64,000 nucleotides of DNA from Octopus sinensis (Eukaryota). This document shows positions 13,481 to 27,085 of the stretch, piece after piece. The notes under the pieces are model-generated. The model did no database searches. It had not been told where the DNA came from and was given only the letters and a program-made list of their open reading frames with translations. Numbering within the stretch: the first letter of the stretch is position 1; the number at the start of each line of letters is the position of its first letter. The DNA lies in the NCBI RefSeq assembly GCF_006345805.1, contig NC_043001.1, forward strand, positions 2,108,001 through 2,172,000, written 5' to 3'. The translations under genes were made by a program, and so were the position numbers.

Positions 13481-14022
13481 GTCATCATAAAAGCCACTGC
13501 AATAGCAGCAGCAAAGGCTGAACACCCTGCCACCAACAGCATCGACAGCCATAATAATAATAATTGTAATAAAGGCAACTAGAATAAGGAAAAAGCAAAA
13601 CTGCTATGACAACATTAACTGTAAAACAAGGACAACAGCAGCAACAAGATGGTGGGAGGGGGGGAACGACCAACAAAAACAGCAACAAAACAACATGGAA
13701 AGTGAAAGTGAAACAAATGAAAGAGAGAAATGATTACAATATTCTATGTTTCATCTTTTGTAAGGGAACCTTTTAGAGCCAGCTAACCATTCATATAAAA
13801 CCTCTTTCAAGTTTACAGCATTCGGTAACAACAGCTGTAAACATTGTCTTGAGGAGAAATGTTATTTCTGAAATATGTAGCTTCTATAAATCCCTACACC
13901 CTTTTAGCTCTTTTCTAGTGGTTTATATATTTTTTTGTATTTTTCTGCTTTGCTGATTATTTTATTTATACATATCTTTATTCTTTATATATAGTTTTAT
14001 ATGTATATATAAATATGTATAA

Positions 14023-14065
<43 letters not shown>

Positions 14066-14079
14066 ACTCTCTATCTCTC

Positions 14080-14112
<33 letters not shown>

Positions 14113-14198
14113 GTATATATACATATATATATAAATATATATATATATGTGTGTATATATATATACATATATATACATATATATACATGTATATATAT

Positions 14199-14293
<95 letters not shown>

Positions 14294-14324
14294 AACATAT
14301 ACAGACATACATATGTACACATGC

Positions 14325-14356
<32 letters not shown>

Positions 14357-15239
14357 ATCTGTTTATCGATATACACACACATATATATATACATTTGACA
14401 TTTTGACACAGATATATCGACACCAGGAGTTATACTTAGAATAGTTAAAAGTAATAGGTAATTTGTAGATTCTGTTATGTTACGTTGCCATTTGTGGAAC
14501 TAAAAAGGGGTTTTAAGTCTTTGGAAAACCTCAATTCACAGTTCCATTTTATACTCCAGTTGCTGTTTTCAACAATTTTCTCCCTTCCTGTATATTTAAA
14601 AACGTTAGTTTTGAAGGACAACAAGACTTGCAGTTTGAATATCAAAGAAGGGAGATACAGAACCGGTACAGGTTAATAAGAAATTATGCTTGAAATAGAT
14701 AAAGGTAAATGGCAATTTGTACATTAGGCTACCTGCATTCTGGGGCTAAATGAGAAAAGGTTAACTCATTGTAAAGTTGAAAAGGCCTCCATGTGGTCTC
14801 TGGGCTTGCTAGAAATAGTAGTTAGACTTCTTTGAACCATGTCCAATTGGAGACATCACAAGAGTGAGAATGCATGAAATTGTTGATGAGATCAAAAGTA
14901 AAAAGAAAATAAAGGTTGAAACATTTTAAATTAAATTAATCAAAATGGTAGCACTCTATGAAGTTTGTGCGAGGAAGGGCATCGAACCCTAAAAAATCAG
15001 GCCAAGGCAGACATTGATGCTTGACACAGATCTCTAGCTCAGTGGATCCTGTTAAAAAAAAAACATACCAATCCATGCTAACCTAGAAGATGGGAACTAA
15101 ATGATGACGATGGTGATGATGATGATGATGAGGGGGAGAAGGAGGAAGAGGAATAGGCAGAAGAGGAGGGTAATTATGATGATCAGATTGATGTCCGATT
15201 TGTATTTATCAATCCATTGACTCAGCTCCCTCATTATTC

Positions 15240-15357
15240 ATCTATCCATCCATCCATCCATCCATTCATCCATCAATATCTGCCTGTTTGTCTTTCTATT
15301 CAGCCAACCATCCTCTTATTCATCCATCCATACATCCATCTATCTATCCATCCATCC

Positions 15358-15393
<36 letters not shown>

Positions 15394-15394
15394 G

Positions 15395-15453
<59 letters not shown>

Positions 15454-15700
15454 GTTTGTGTATATATATGTATCAACCCATCCGTCCATTCACTCGCCTA
15501 CTCATCCATCCACCCATCCATCCATCCATCCACCCATTCATATCTGCCTGTTTGTCTTTCTGTTCATCTATCTGTCTGTCTATGTATCTATCTATCTATC
15601 TACCTACTTATCTATCTATCTATTTATCTAAAGTATCTGTTGGTCAGTGTGTATATATGTATAAATCCATCCATCCATCCATCCATCCATCCAATAGATT
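15240..15700. repeat. Compound (TCCA)n/(TCTA)n microsatellite with internal duplication
   Basis: Block atatctgcctgtttgtctttct occurs twice within TCCA/TCTA runs. Confidence 0.9.
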
Positions 15701-16091
15701 TACAATCAGAACATCAATGCAGCTACTATCAGTAGCAAGTGGATTTCATAAGGTTAATCTATTAAAAACTGGATATAGGAATCATAATACAAGCATTCTG
15801 ATAACTTTATGGGAATCAGAGCAGAAACATTCACATAATGATGTATAAAAATCATTGCACAAAAGATCTTATACATTTCTTGTTAGAAATTTTGGTGAGT
15901 CACATCACACATATTCTTATAGTGTCTCTCACCACAAATTTATAGGATTCACAACACAAACTTTCACATTGTGAGTATTGTCAGAAATTCTATGTGGAAT
16001 ATTTTGAAAATCCTTTTTAGTCTTTCAAAACAGGTTTGATCTAAGAAGCAGCAATTTGAGAAATTATAGAACTTTTTCGAACAAAATATAC

Positions 16092-16180
16092 CAATGGGAT
16101 TTTCTGGTTATGTTTAAGCATTAGATTTGCTGGATTCACATCAGATGTTATAATCACAAAAGCAGTTCTCTGGGACAAAT
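16092..16180 (-). CDS. Candidate internal exon (D)LSQRTAFVIITSDVNPANLMLKHNQKIPL, phase 1->0
   Basis: Acceptor ctatatgtctattttag, donor TTG|gtatat, single open frame, 89 nt. Confidence 0.4.
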
Positions 16181-17321
16181 CTAAAATAGACATATAGACA
16201 GAATGATGTATAAATATACAAAGTGACCCAAACGTAGGTTTACAGTTATCACGTAGGCACTTTAAATTTCTTTTAAAACATTTTATTACATTTAAACTTC
16301 TATCTTACAAACTGAAATGGGAGCTTGACAAAATTAAGTAAATTAGCAGAGAAAAATGGTTTCATTTGTTTTTTTTATAATTAATATCTAAACTGTAAAT
16401 ATATGAATAGGAAAGAAATGGTTGAAGAACTGAAAACCTGCTTTTGGGCCACACTGTATATACACATAAGTTTTAGCATTTTTCATTTTACTTGTTACAA
16501 TTGTTAGACTGTGGCTATGCTAAGGAGCTGCATTGAAGTGTTTGGTCAAGCGAACTGACCACAGTACTTTATTTTAAAATGGGTACTGGTCTCAATTGCA
16601 CTCTTTTCTGCCAAATTGTTAAGTTACATGGACATAAACAAACCAACGCTGGTCGTTAAATATTGATGGGGTACAAATACAAACACAAATACACACACAT
16701 GACATACGCACACACATAGATATTGACATGCAAAAAAACACACACACACATATACACACATAGATATCATCATCATCCGTTTTCCATGCTAGCTTGGGTT
16801 GGATGGTTCGACCGGGGTCTGGGAAGCCAGGAGTCTGCACAAGGCTCCAGCCTGATCTGGCAGAGTTTCTCCAGCTGGATGCCCTTCCTAACGCCAACAA
16901 CTCCATGACTGTAGTGGGTGCTTTTTACGTGCCAGCTATTTTGGACTAATGGGTGTAATCCGATTAGTGTGTTTAAGTGTAGAGTAGGGCACTGGCACAG
17001 TTTGGGGCTACCTGGTTTCATTCGCAGTCAGGGCATATTTCCATTGCATCTCCTTCAGGAACTCTGCAGCGTAAGTTGAGGTAATTATATTAATTAAGTG
17101 ATGAGAAGATGGGTTCAGTCCCACTGTGTGGCACCTTGGGAAAGTGTCTTCTACTATAGCCTTGTACTGACCAAAGCCTTGTGAGTGGATTTGATAGACG
17201 GAAACTGAAATAAGCCCATCATATATATATATATATATCGCATGTATCGTGGTGATGCTAGGTACAGATCGACCTTCAACTCTGTTGCACATGCACACTA
17301 AGTTATAACATTCCTACTCAC

Positions 17322-17372
17322 CTGCATTGTTCATAACAATGCTTGGAAATAGAGTGTGTAGAATGTGTTCAT
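17322..17372 (-). CDS. Candidate internal exon (D)EHILHTLFPSIVMNNA, phase 1->1
   Basis: Acceptor aattatttttcag and donor CAG|gtgagt are both consensus; 51 nt; single open frame. Confidence 0.5.
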
Positions 17373-17384
17373 CTGAAAAATAAT

Positions 17385-17670
17385 TGGGTCCCAGTTGCAC
17401 AAGATCTCCTTGGCTGTGTCAAGGAAGATGAAATTCGTTTTGAAAACTGTCATAAAAGGCAGCAAATCATGGGTCTATGGCCTTGAAAACAAAGCAAGAA
17501 TCAAATTCCACTGGAAAGGAAGAAGATTTTGAGAAGTTGAGGAATTTCAAGAGAATGCAGCAAAGCAGCTGCTCACTATCCCAGAAGAGAAGTTGCAGGA
17601 ATGCTTCCATCACTGGAAACGGTGCTGGATAAAGTGTAGGCCTTCAAAAGAGGAATAATTCGAAGATTAA
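17385..17670 (+). mobile_element. Mariner transposase relic, internally deleted
   Basis: KTVIKGSKSWVYG (decayed ITGDE.WVYG) joined to KGRRF...ECFHHWKRCWIKC...E*FED*. Confidence 0.75.
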
Positions 17671-17748
17671 ATGCTGGATTGGTGTGTTGTAGTTATCTTT
17701 TTAAAGTATCAGTCCATATTAATTTTTGATCAGACCTTGTATATATAT

Positions 17749-17790
<42 letters not shown>

Positions 17791-18137
17791 GGAGAAAGAG
17801 AGAAGGAAAGAGAGAGAGAGAGAGAGAAGGAGAGAAAGAGAAGGAGAGAGTGAGAGAGAAAGTAAGAGAGAAAAAGACAGGCAGGCAGATACAAACAGAT
17901 CATCATCATACACCATCATCATCAGCATCAATATCATTATCATCAGAGTAAAATGACAAAGGAAGTCCTTCCAATATACATACATACAGCCAGACAGACA
18001 GTCAGACAGATAGGTACATTACAAGATGGTTATATAAGCAAATAAGAGAAAAGAAATTATAATAGGTAAATGCAGAAACAAATAGACATACTGAAACACA
18101 CCTACACACACACACATGTGTAATATATATACGTACA

Positions 18138-18194
<57 letters not shown>

Positions 18195-18499
18195 TATAAC
18201 ATAGCTAGAGAAAGGGGAGAGGGAGAGCGAGAAAGGGAGATGGAAATAAATGTGTGGGTTTAACTGGTTCTCTATATCGAACGCAATTCATAGAAGGCTG
18301 ATCAATTTCTTGGTTGGTTGCATTGTTGATTATTATCTAAAGAAACCTTACAATGGACAAGTCCAAGAAGGGCAGATAAGCCAGTCATTCTGCTCTACTT
18401 CATAGATTTTGTTTCTTTTTCTTTTTTTTTCAGAAATAACTACATACTTGCAACTTCAGGACTTAATAGAAACATTTTCTGTAGACTATAAATATCATT

Positions 18500-18545
18500 G
18501 TTGTTATTATTATTACAATTATTATTATTACAATTATTATTATTA

Positions 18546-18591
<46 letters not shown>

Positions 18592-18627
18592 TATTATTAC
18601 AATTATTATTATTATTATTATTATTAC

Positions 18628-18669
<42 letters not shown>

Positions 18670-18680
18670 TATTATTACAA

Positions 18681-18711
<31 letters not shown>

Positions 18712-18752
18712 TATTATTATTACTATTACTATTATTATTATTATTATTATTA

Positions 18753-18784
<32 letters not shown>

Positions 18785-18785
18785 G
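18500..18785. repeat. (TTA)n microsatellite, ~285 bp
   Basis: Near-perfect TTA run with occasional TAC/CAA variants. Confidence 0.95.
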
Positions 18786-19201
18786 TTTCATATGTGTGTG
18801 CGTGTGTATTTGTATATGTGTGTGTGTGTGTGTGTGTACAGGAACCTTTCCTCCTCTTTCCCTTCAATCTCCCTGGATCTTATGCCTCCTTCCCATACAA
18901 ATTGCAACTTGTCTCCGTAATACACCCGTCACCCAACACCCTTGTGTTAAATAAAAGACTCGTTATTATTATTGTTGTTATTGTCGTTGTTGTTGTTGTT
19001 TCTGACGGTGTTGTTATTGCTCCGCTTAATTCATGTAATGCAGTCAGTAAAATATATTGACGGCATTAAAATGAACAACTACAGTCGTTGCATTCTACAC
19101 ACCTCTACAAGTCATTCCAAGACATTCACCATGTGTATCGCTAGTCAATGTTATTCCTTAGGAGGCCAGGGGATTCTATATGATAGTGTTGGACATATTT
19201 G

Positions 19202-19241
<40 letters not shown>

Positions 19242-19408
19242 GATATACATACATATTTCTTTTATATATGCACATACATAGACTCATACACTCATATATA
19301 TATACATATATATATATATATTATATATATATATATATATACATACATATTTCTTTTATATATGCACATACATAGACTCATACACTCATATATACATATA
19401 TATATATA

Positions 19409-19478
<70 letters not shown>

Positions 19479-20249
19479 GTATATGTTTATGTTTTGAAGT
19501 GTATGAGCAATGTCATGCAATGCTAGAGAAGTGAATAATGTGACAGAGAGTGGAATATATTTCCAAAATCCCAAGACATATTATTAGATAGAATTTTCAT
19601 CTGCAAAATATAAAAAAAGATTTTAAAAAATCAGAGAACGGTGCTGAACAATGGCAGTGAGTTGAAGGTTCTGCACTATACTCTAATCCAATCAGTAAGT
19701 CCCTATATGATCAGCTAACCTAATATTAAAGCAGCTAAATCTCCCTCAAATTGGGGCTAAACAAATCTTTGGCCAATGTAATCCATCGTATGAATTTGTC
19801 ATGGCTTGAATGATACAGCTAATAAGGAAATCTCTATATTGATAGTCCAACCCATGCTAGCATGGAAAACGGACGCTAAATGATGATGATGATGATGATG
19901 ATGATATACGTTACAAATAGCAGCCAAATCTCCCTCAAATCCCATTTAACTGCCATAAAAATGGAAAGACCACAATTGATAATGTGGTCCTAAATACACT
20001 GTAATGGAGTTCTCATAGTCAGAATGCCTTTGATTTTAAGGTTTGCTTAACCAGGATTAACTTGGAGTTTTACAATTACAACAGGGTCATGACTGGATCA
20101 TATATTTTCTGTTTAAATACCAACCTATCTGAGACTGCCCCTGGTTCTAGGATACAAACTTCTTGTTAATTGGTCTAAATTAAAACTTCCCATCAAATTT
20201 CATGTGAATTAATGTTTCATGTTAATATTCATTTCATGTTTTCACATTT

Positions 20250-20435
20250 ACTGGGCAAAATTCTTTGTGGCATTTTGTCTCTCTTTAGCTTTTGTGTTCA
20301 AATCCCACTGAGGTTGGCTTTGCCTTTTATTCTTTGAGGGTCGATAAAAAAAGTACCAGTTACGCACAGGGGTTGGTGTAAGCAACCCACCCCTTCCCTG
20401 GAAATTGCTGGCCTTTTGTCAAAATTTGAAACTAA
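20250..20435 (+). mobile_element. tRNA-derived SINE family C, degenerate
   Basis: gttcaaatcccactgaggttggctttgcctttt...gggtcgataaaaaaagtaccag central domain; related copies near 47340-47535 and 55045-55260. Confidence 0.65.
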
Positions 20436-20976
20436 TATTAATTTCTTGTTAATTTTAATCTGGTGTTCCATAGACTAGAATAAGAAAACTGAAGTTATTT
20501 TATTAAATTCTTTCTTATTTTCGAAATTAAATGTCTTCCAGTAGAAATATCGTAAGAGAATAGCTTAATCCTGATTATCAGGGAACTCAACAACTGCCAG
20601 AGTCATTTCCCCTTTTTATTATATATCATCTTTGATCATTTTAGCCTTGGTCTATCCATCTGGTCTTCTTAGTGTTTTGTGTCTAATTTCTCCTATTTTT
20701 AGTATTGACTCACAAAGCTTCATTTTCTTCCATATTGTAATACTTTGCCCGTTTAAATTTTACTGTAACCCATCTGACCCATGCCAATTTGGAAAAGTGG
20801 ATGTTAAAATGATGATAAGGGTGAATGCATATCAAAGGATTCAAGGGTCTTCTTGTTGTACATCTTTTTCCTTGCATGTTTTCCAAGTGAAAAACATTTT
20901 CTTTTAGTCATCTTTGAAGTTGAAGATTTACAAAAGTGGTCTTGCTAGGGACTGAAAAACTGTTTTGCTCCTACAT

Positions 20977-21380
20977 AGGTGCAGGCATGGCTGTGGGGGA
21001 AGAATCTTGCTTCCCAGTCACATGGGTCTGGATTCAGACCCACTGTGTGGTACTATGGCCAAGGGTTATCTGCTTATAGCCTCAGGCCTGCCAAAGCCTT
21101 GTCAGTGGTTTTGGTACTGAAAGAAACTGAAAGAAGCCTATGGTGTGTATATATATATATATATATATTTATATGTTTGTGTGTGTGCATGTGAGTGTGT
21201 CTTTGTGTCTGTATTTGTCTCCCTACCACCACCACTCGACAACTGGTGTTGGTGTGTTTACACCCCTTGAACTTAGGAGCGAGGCAAAAATAAAGTACCA
21301 TGATCAATTCATTCGACTAAAGTTCTTCAAGGCAGTGCCCCAGCATGGCCACAGTCTAATGACTGAAACAAGTAAAAGAT
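20977..21380 (+). mobile_element. SINE family A, full length with internal microsatellite
   Basis: tRNA-like head (ggctgtgg...ggattcagacccactg), TA/TG spacer, tail cccagcatggccacagtc..gactgaaacaagtaaaaga. Confidence 0.8.
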
Positions 21381-21441
21381 AAGACACATGTTATGTGTGT
21401 GTGTGTGTGTGTGTGTATATATAATATATATATATATATAT

Positions 21442-21870
21442 ACGAGCAAAATGCCCCCCCCCCCGTCCAATGGTCGGTGCTGAGTTGTCAAACATTTAAA
21501 CCAAATTTTCTCAAAACAACTTGTCCGACCATCCTATAAGCCTCCCCTTTGAGAAACACTGATTTAACCTAATTTTGAGACACCAGCAAAAGAAGAAATA
21601 AAGATAGACTTTTTTCCATTCCAAAGAAAGACGATTTTATTCACACAAATATGCAACCAAAGGGTTTAAAGTACTTGCGCGTACAAATGCACGTTCCCCC
21701 GGCTTTATCCATCGCATTCTCACCTGAAACTGATTTTTGTAATTTTTTCAAGACTTATACACGCCCTGATTCAGTCAGTATCTACATATCAAATTTGAGC
21801 GCAATCGGATGGAGGATGCCCGAGATCCTAGAAGACACACAGACAGACAGAATGGATTTTATATAATAGA
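21442..21870 (-). mobile_element. Non-autonomous Helitron-like element, copy 2
   Basis: Minus strand A|TCtattatataaaatcc(tctg)n...hairpin...CTCG|T, consistent with Helitron A^T insertion; homologous to 4604-5029. Confidence 0.7.
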
Positions 21871-21915
<45 letters not shown>

Positions 21916-21930
21916 GTGTGTGTATGTTTA

Positions 21931-21962
<32 letters not shown>

Positions 21963-23039
21963 CACATATATACATACATATATTTTGATATATATATATT
22001 GTGATATATATAATTTATATGTAAATATTTTATATATAGATATATATATATTCATATATGTGTGTGTATATATACATGCAAGTGTGTGTGTGTGTGTGTG
22101 TATATTTACATTTATGTATGTATATATATATATGTATAATGCATGCTGCTAAAACTTGGCTACTTTTAAAGCTGATGTCATAACAGTGGCCGATGTTAAT
22201 CTCCGACAGCTGTTGAGCACGATCCATCTGCCAGAGCTTGCGCCATCCAAGCAGATCTCTCTCTCAGTGAAATGTTATTCTATTCACTCTTAAGTGCCTT
22301 TTTATTTGATGCTCTGCTTTAATTGAAAACATGTATTTTTACTCCTTGTCTTATTAACAATCTAAGTATGATCTCATATATCATTAAAAACAGCTTAATT
22401 GACAATTACATTTCAAGTGTTTTATAATCATTACTTGCCGTTGTTGTTGTTGTTGTTGCTGTTGTTATCATTAATGTTATTATAATTATTATTATCATTA
22501 TTATTATTGTTGTTATCATTATTATTATTGTTATTATTGTTTATTATTGTTATTGGTTTCTTCTGCGTTAAACTGGTCGGATGGCTCTTCATCTTTGCTA
22601 TGTTGCACACGTTGCATGTTGAAGGAATAAATGAAAAGTGTTTGTTTGTTTTTGTTTCACAGCTGCAGTTCAGCCTCTAACATTATTAAAGCCCAAACAA
22701 TCACTCAAGAAGGGGACAACTGATTTTGTCAGGGGTGTAAATTAGACAAACACCATGCTCTTCATCATCATCATCATCATCCTCTTCATCATCATCATCA
22801 TCATCGTCATCATCATCGTCATTTTCATTGTTGTCATTGCCATTCTTCTCATCCTTTGTCATCTGCAATGTCAACAACATCATTGTCACTGACAACACCA
22901 TTATTGTCATCATTATCATGGTCTATATTGTCATCACCTCTGGAGTCATTGTCATCCTCCTCATCCTGGTCGTCCTCTCCCTATGTCGTCTCCTTCATAC
23001 ATTTCATATTTGCTTGTATTTATAAAGGTGAATGCCCTT

Positions 23040-23081
<42 letters not shown>

Positions 23082-24449
23082 CATATATAGATATATGCAT
23101 GCATGGTGCATATGTACATACACAACTAGTGGTGGTGCCATTTAAAAAGCACTGGTGCTATTATTACATAGAAAACACTCAGGAAAGGCATTCAGCCGTA
23201 GAAACCATGCCAAAGCAGACAATAGAGTCTGGTGCAGCCCTCCAGCCTTGCCAGCTCCTCTCAAACTATCCAACCCATTTCTGCATGAAAAATTGACATT
23301 GAATGATGATATATTTCTATATACATGTTGCAGCAGAAATACCTCCCACATTTTCAACTTTTACCTATGTGTTGCTAATAAACTTATGCAGGTGCCAACG
23401 ATGTTTTACATTTAGCTAATGAACAAAAACTGTGACCTTTTGCTTAAACAACAGTAGGTGCAGGCATGACTGTGTGGTAAGAAGCTTGTTTCCCAACCAC
23501 ATGGTCCCAGTTTCAGTCCCACTCTGTGGCACCTTGGGCAAATGTCTTCTTTTATAACCTCGGGTCAACGACAAAAGGTTGTGAGAGGATTTGGTAGATG
23601 GAAACTGAAAGAAGCCTGTTGTGTAATTGTGTACCATGTTCTCTGTCTTTTTGTACAGATTCACTAGCTTTCTTACAAAGGAGTCTAATGCTCTTAGCTT
23701 AGACCTTTTGGGGGTGCAACCAGATCGAACTGTCTCAAGTGTAACTGCCTGAAACAGTTGTGGCTTCTGGTACTTGACTGAGGAAAGAAGGCCAAGAATG
23801 ACCCATCTTTTTTTGCCTGTCCTTCTAATTGTTGTTTCTCTTGTTCACCTTTGTATCATCTATCTTTCCGAATGTTTTATTGTCCTCTATTGCGTTTTTG
23901 TTCCATTTATATATATATATATATATATGACAGACTTGTTGCAATCTATCATGGCCACAGCTCGTGAGCTGAAACTAGATAAAATAAAAAAAACTTTTTT
24001 TAAATATATGTGTATGTGTGTGTGTGTGTATGTATATATATGTATATATGTTTGTGCATCTGTGTTTGTCCCCCAACCATTGCTTGACAACCGATGCTGG
24101 TGTGTTTAAATCCCTGTAACTTAGTGATTCATCAAAAAGAGGCCGATAGAATAAGTACTAGGCTTACAAAGAATAAGTCCTTGGGTTGATTTGTTCGACT
24201 AAAGGTGGTGCACCAGCATGGCCACAGTCACATGACTGAAACCATTAGAAGAATAAAAGAATAAAAGAATATATATATATATGTCTGTGTGTCTCTGTGT
24301 GTGTGTGTATACATATATATATGTATACATAAATATATAGATGGATACATAGATGGACTTATGCATGCATGTGTGTGTATATATGAATGTGTGTACTTAT
24401 TCATACATAAATACATGCATTTGTGTATGAATTTATGTATGTATGCATG

Positions 24450-25361
24450 TACAAAGAGGAACCCAAAAGTAACCGGAAACGTTCTATGTAGGACAATTCC
24501 GTTGTAGTTGAGGCATCTGCCACCAGGAGCCACATGATGCAACCCTCAGGCATCAGCCTGCCGACGAGTGTCGTTGGATTAAGTCATACTGCCAGATGGC
24601 ACATCTTTATTTTGCTGTGCTTCACCCCTTTATGTCAATTTTTGTGATGCCTGGAATGAAGGAATGGAATGCTTCCATGAAATTCTGTTTCCAGCTGAGA
24701 AAAACAATGGGCGAAACAGTTGTCATGCTGCAAACAGCTTACAAGGACACTGTGCCATGAACAAAACACGCTTACGAGTGGTTTCTATGCTTTAGGAATG
24801 GTCACTTGATGCTTGAAGACCAATCTCATTCAGGGTGACTGTCGACCTCCTGAACAAATGAAGAAATCATGAAAATTCATGAACAGATCTTGGGGGACTG
24901 TCACTGAACAATTGACAGACTTGTTGATATGACTGGTGTGTCCTGGAGATCCTGCCAATGAATTTCGTACGAGGAATTGTGAATGAAAAGTGTTACAGCA
25001 AAGTTTGTGCCTCGCTTGCTCACAGAAGATCAAAAGCAGTCATGGCTGAATGCATGTCATGAACTGAAAGAACAGTTGGAAGTGGATTCGGAACTTTTTT
25101 TCAAAGGTCATCACTGGTGACGAAAATTGGTGCTACGGAATTTGCGGATGTGGAAGAGGTGAAGGAAAGAATGATGGAGGCATATAAAAGGCATCGTTTT
25201 GCAAGAGTTCCAACACTGCTTTGATTAGTGGAAAATGCATCTGGAATGCTGCACTGATTCAAATGAAGAATACTTTGAAGGAAATGAAAGAGTAAACATT
25301 TAAAACTAAGTGAACAAAATAATATTGCAAAATTCCGGGTTCTTTTGGGTATCTCCTCGTA
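24450..25361 (+). mobile_element. Mariner element with both TIRs, internally deleted and multiply disabled
   Basis: TIRs tacaaagaggaacccaaaagtaaccggaa / ttccgggttcttttgggtatctcctcgta; relic motifs KFVPRLLTEDQK and VITGDENWCYG. Confidence 0.9.
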
Positions 25362-26460
25362 GGTATATATGCTTGTGTATATGTTTATGTATGTATGTAA
25401 GTTTTCATATATCTTTCAATGAATGACATAAGCATTGGCATGAAAACCAAGAAAAACAATGTTCTTGAAAAAAAAGTCCTTTGTGATAATTGTTCTGCAC
25501 CAATTTGCAGGCACTCCTTATCAGTTTCACAATCAGAAATGAAGTAAAGCAGTGATTGGTCTCTTGATAGAACACTGTAACTAACAATATTGTTGTCCTG
25601 TTATTGTGATAGAATATAAACAAAAACGAATAAATACACACAAACACACACATATATGTATATGTGTGTGTATATGTGTATGTGTGTGTGTGTGTGTATT
25701 TATATTGATAATCAAATCATGAATAAATTAATTGCTAAATATTTCCTATGTAAAGTGATATTAGACAATACGAACACTTTTGTTGTTCTATTTTGTTGCT
25801 GTTTTACATTTATGAAAATGTTCTTCCTTACTTATAAATAATCAATACCTATCAATAATATTCCAATATAGCACCGATTGTTTTCTTGTCTTTTTTTTTA
25901 TTATTTATTGTTGATCATTTTATATGGCTGAGTGGGAGATGACAGACTTGTTGCAATCTGTCTTTGACTCTTTTACTCTGGATATTTTGTGACCATTCTG
26001 GAGCATCACCACGTATGTTAGTTGCTCAAATCAACCCCAGTTGTTGTTTTAAAACTGCTACTGTTCCATCAGTTGTTTTGTTGAACTGCTAAGTTATGAT
26101 GATGTAAACTTACTAACACTGATTGTCAACTGTTCTGCAGTCAGATATTAGTATGTGGTGTTTTCATACCGGTAAATAAGTTTCATATTTCATCTTGGAT
26201 TGGCCTTTGAGATTTACAAATGCAGCAGAAATTTTTGAACTTCGATTCTTAATAAGCAATATAGCAGTAAAATCCATAGAATTAAATCGAGTTAATTATG
26301 TCATTGGTCTGTTTGAGTTATTTCCCTTAACTTATATCTATTTGTAAATTATACAAATTATATTTAACAGAAATTATTTGTAATTCTTTTACTATATGTA
26401 AAATATTTTGTGAATTAATTAAATCGTCTTGAGTAATGAGGACTAATAAAATTAATTATA

Positions 26461-26494
26461 CTGATGAGGTTCAATAGACTGAAACACATGCGTA
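26461..26494 (+). ncRNA. Degenerate hammerhead-ribozyme-like motif
   Basis: CTGATGA-GGTTcaataGACT-GAAAC-ACATGC-GT-A; stem I does not pair convincingly. Confidence 0.35.
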
Positions 26495-26858
26495 GTTGTC
26501 TCTCCCTTCAGTTACTCATGTGCCGCTTGCCTCCTCTCTTTTCAATCCCACCACACTAACCAATACATCCACTCCTTCCTCTCCAGAATGTTATTTCAGT
26601 GGAATTTCCTCTCTGCTCCTGTCTTGAAGGATATCACTCTCTCCTCTCGCTCTCTCACAAGTGTTCCCTTACAAGGATTCAACAGGAACACAATCAGTAT
26701 CAATCCCATTGGCCTGTGAAGGCCATGGGCATGGCCCTTTTCCCCAATTCCAACAGGGAGACAGAAAAAGACTGACATTCTTCTAATCTTGTAAATTAAC
26801 TTTTACAGATTAATTCTTCAAATTCTACCAAAATCTCCATCTTTACTTTCAGACTCAC

Positions 26859-26895
26859 CAACAATTACCACCAGAATTTTGTATTCTTTCTGCGT
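26859..26895 (-). CDS. Candidate internal exon TQKEYKILVVIV (phase 0->1; an alternative frame is also open)
   Basis: Acceptor ttaatgttttcctcttag, donor TTG|gtgagt; 37 nt. Confidence 0.45.
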
Positions 26896-27051
26896 CTAAG
26901 AGGAAAACATTAATTAATTAAATACTGTTTTGCATATATCGTTTAGTACTGCACATTCTAATCAATGTTAATCATCATCATCATCATCGTCGTCGTCATC
27001 GTCGTCGTCGACATCATCATCATCACCACCACCACCATCACCACCACCACC

Positions 27052-27085
<34 letters not shown>

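Noticed and set aside
23700-23770. GAAACAGTTGT half-hammerhead
   Set aside because: No CUGANGA upstream and no stem II.
26170-26247. Minus-strand 78-nt open exon candidate NRSSKISAAFVNLKGQSKMKYETYLP
   Set aside because: Phase 0-0 does not fit between the 26859 and 17322 candidates; left uncalled.
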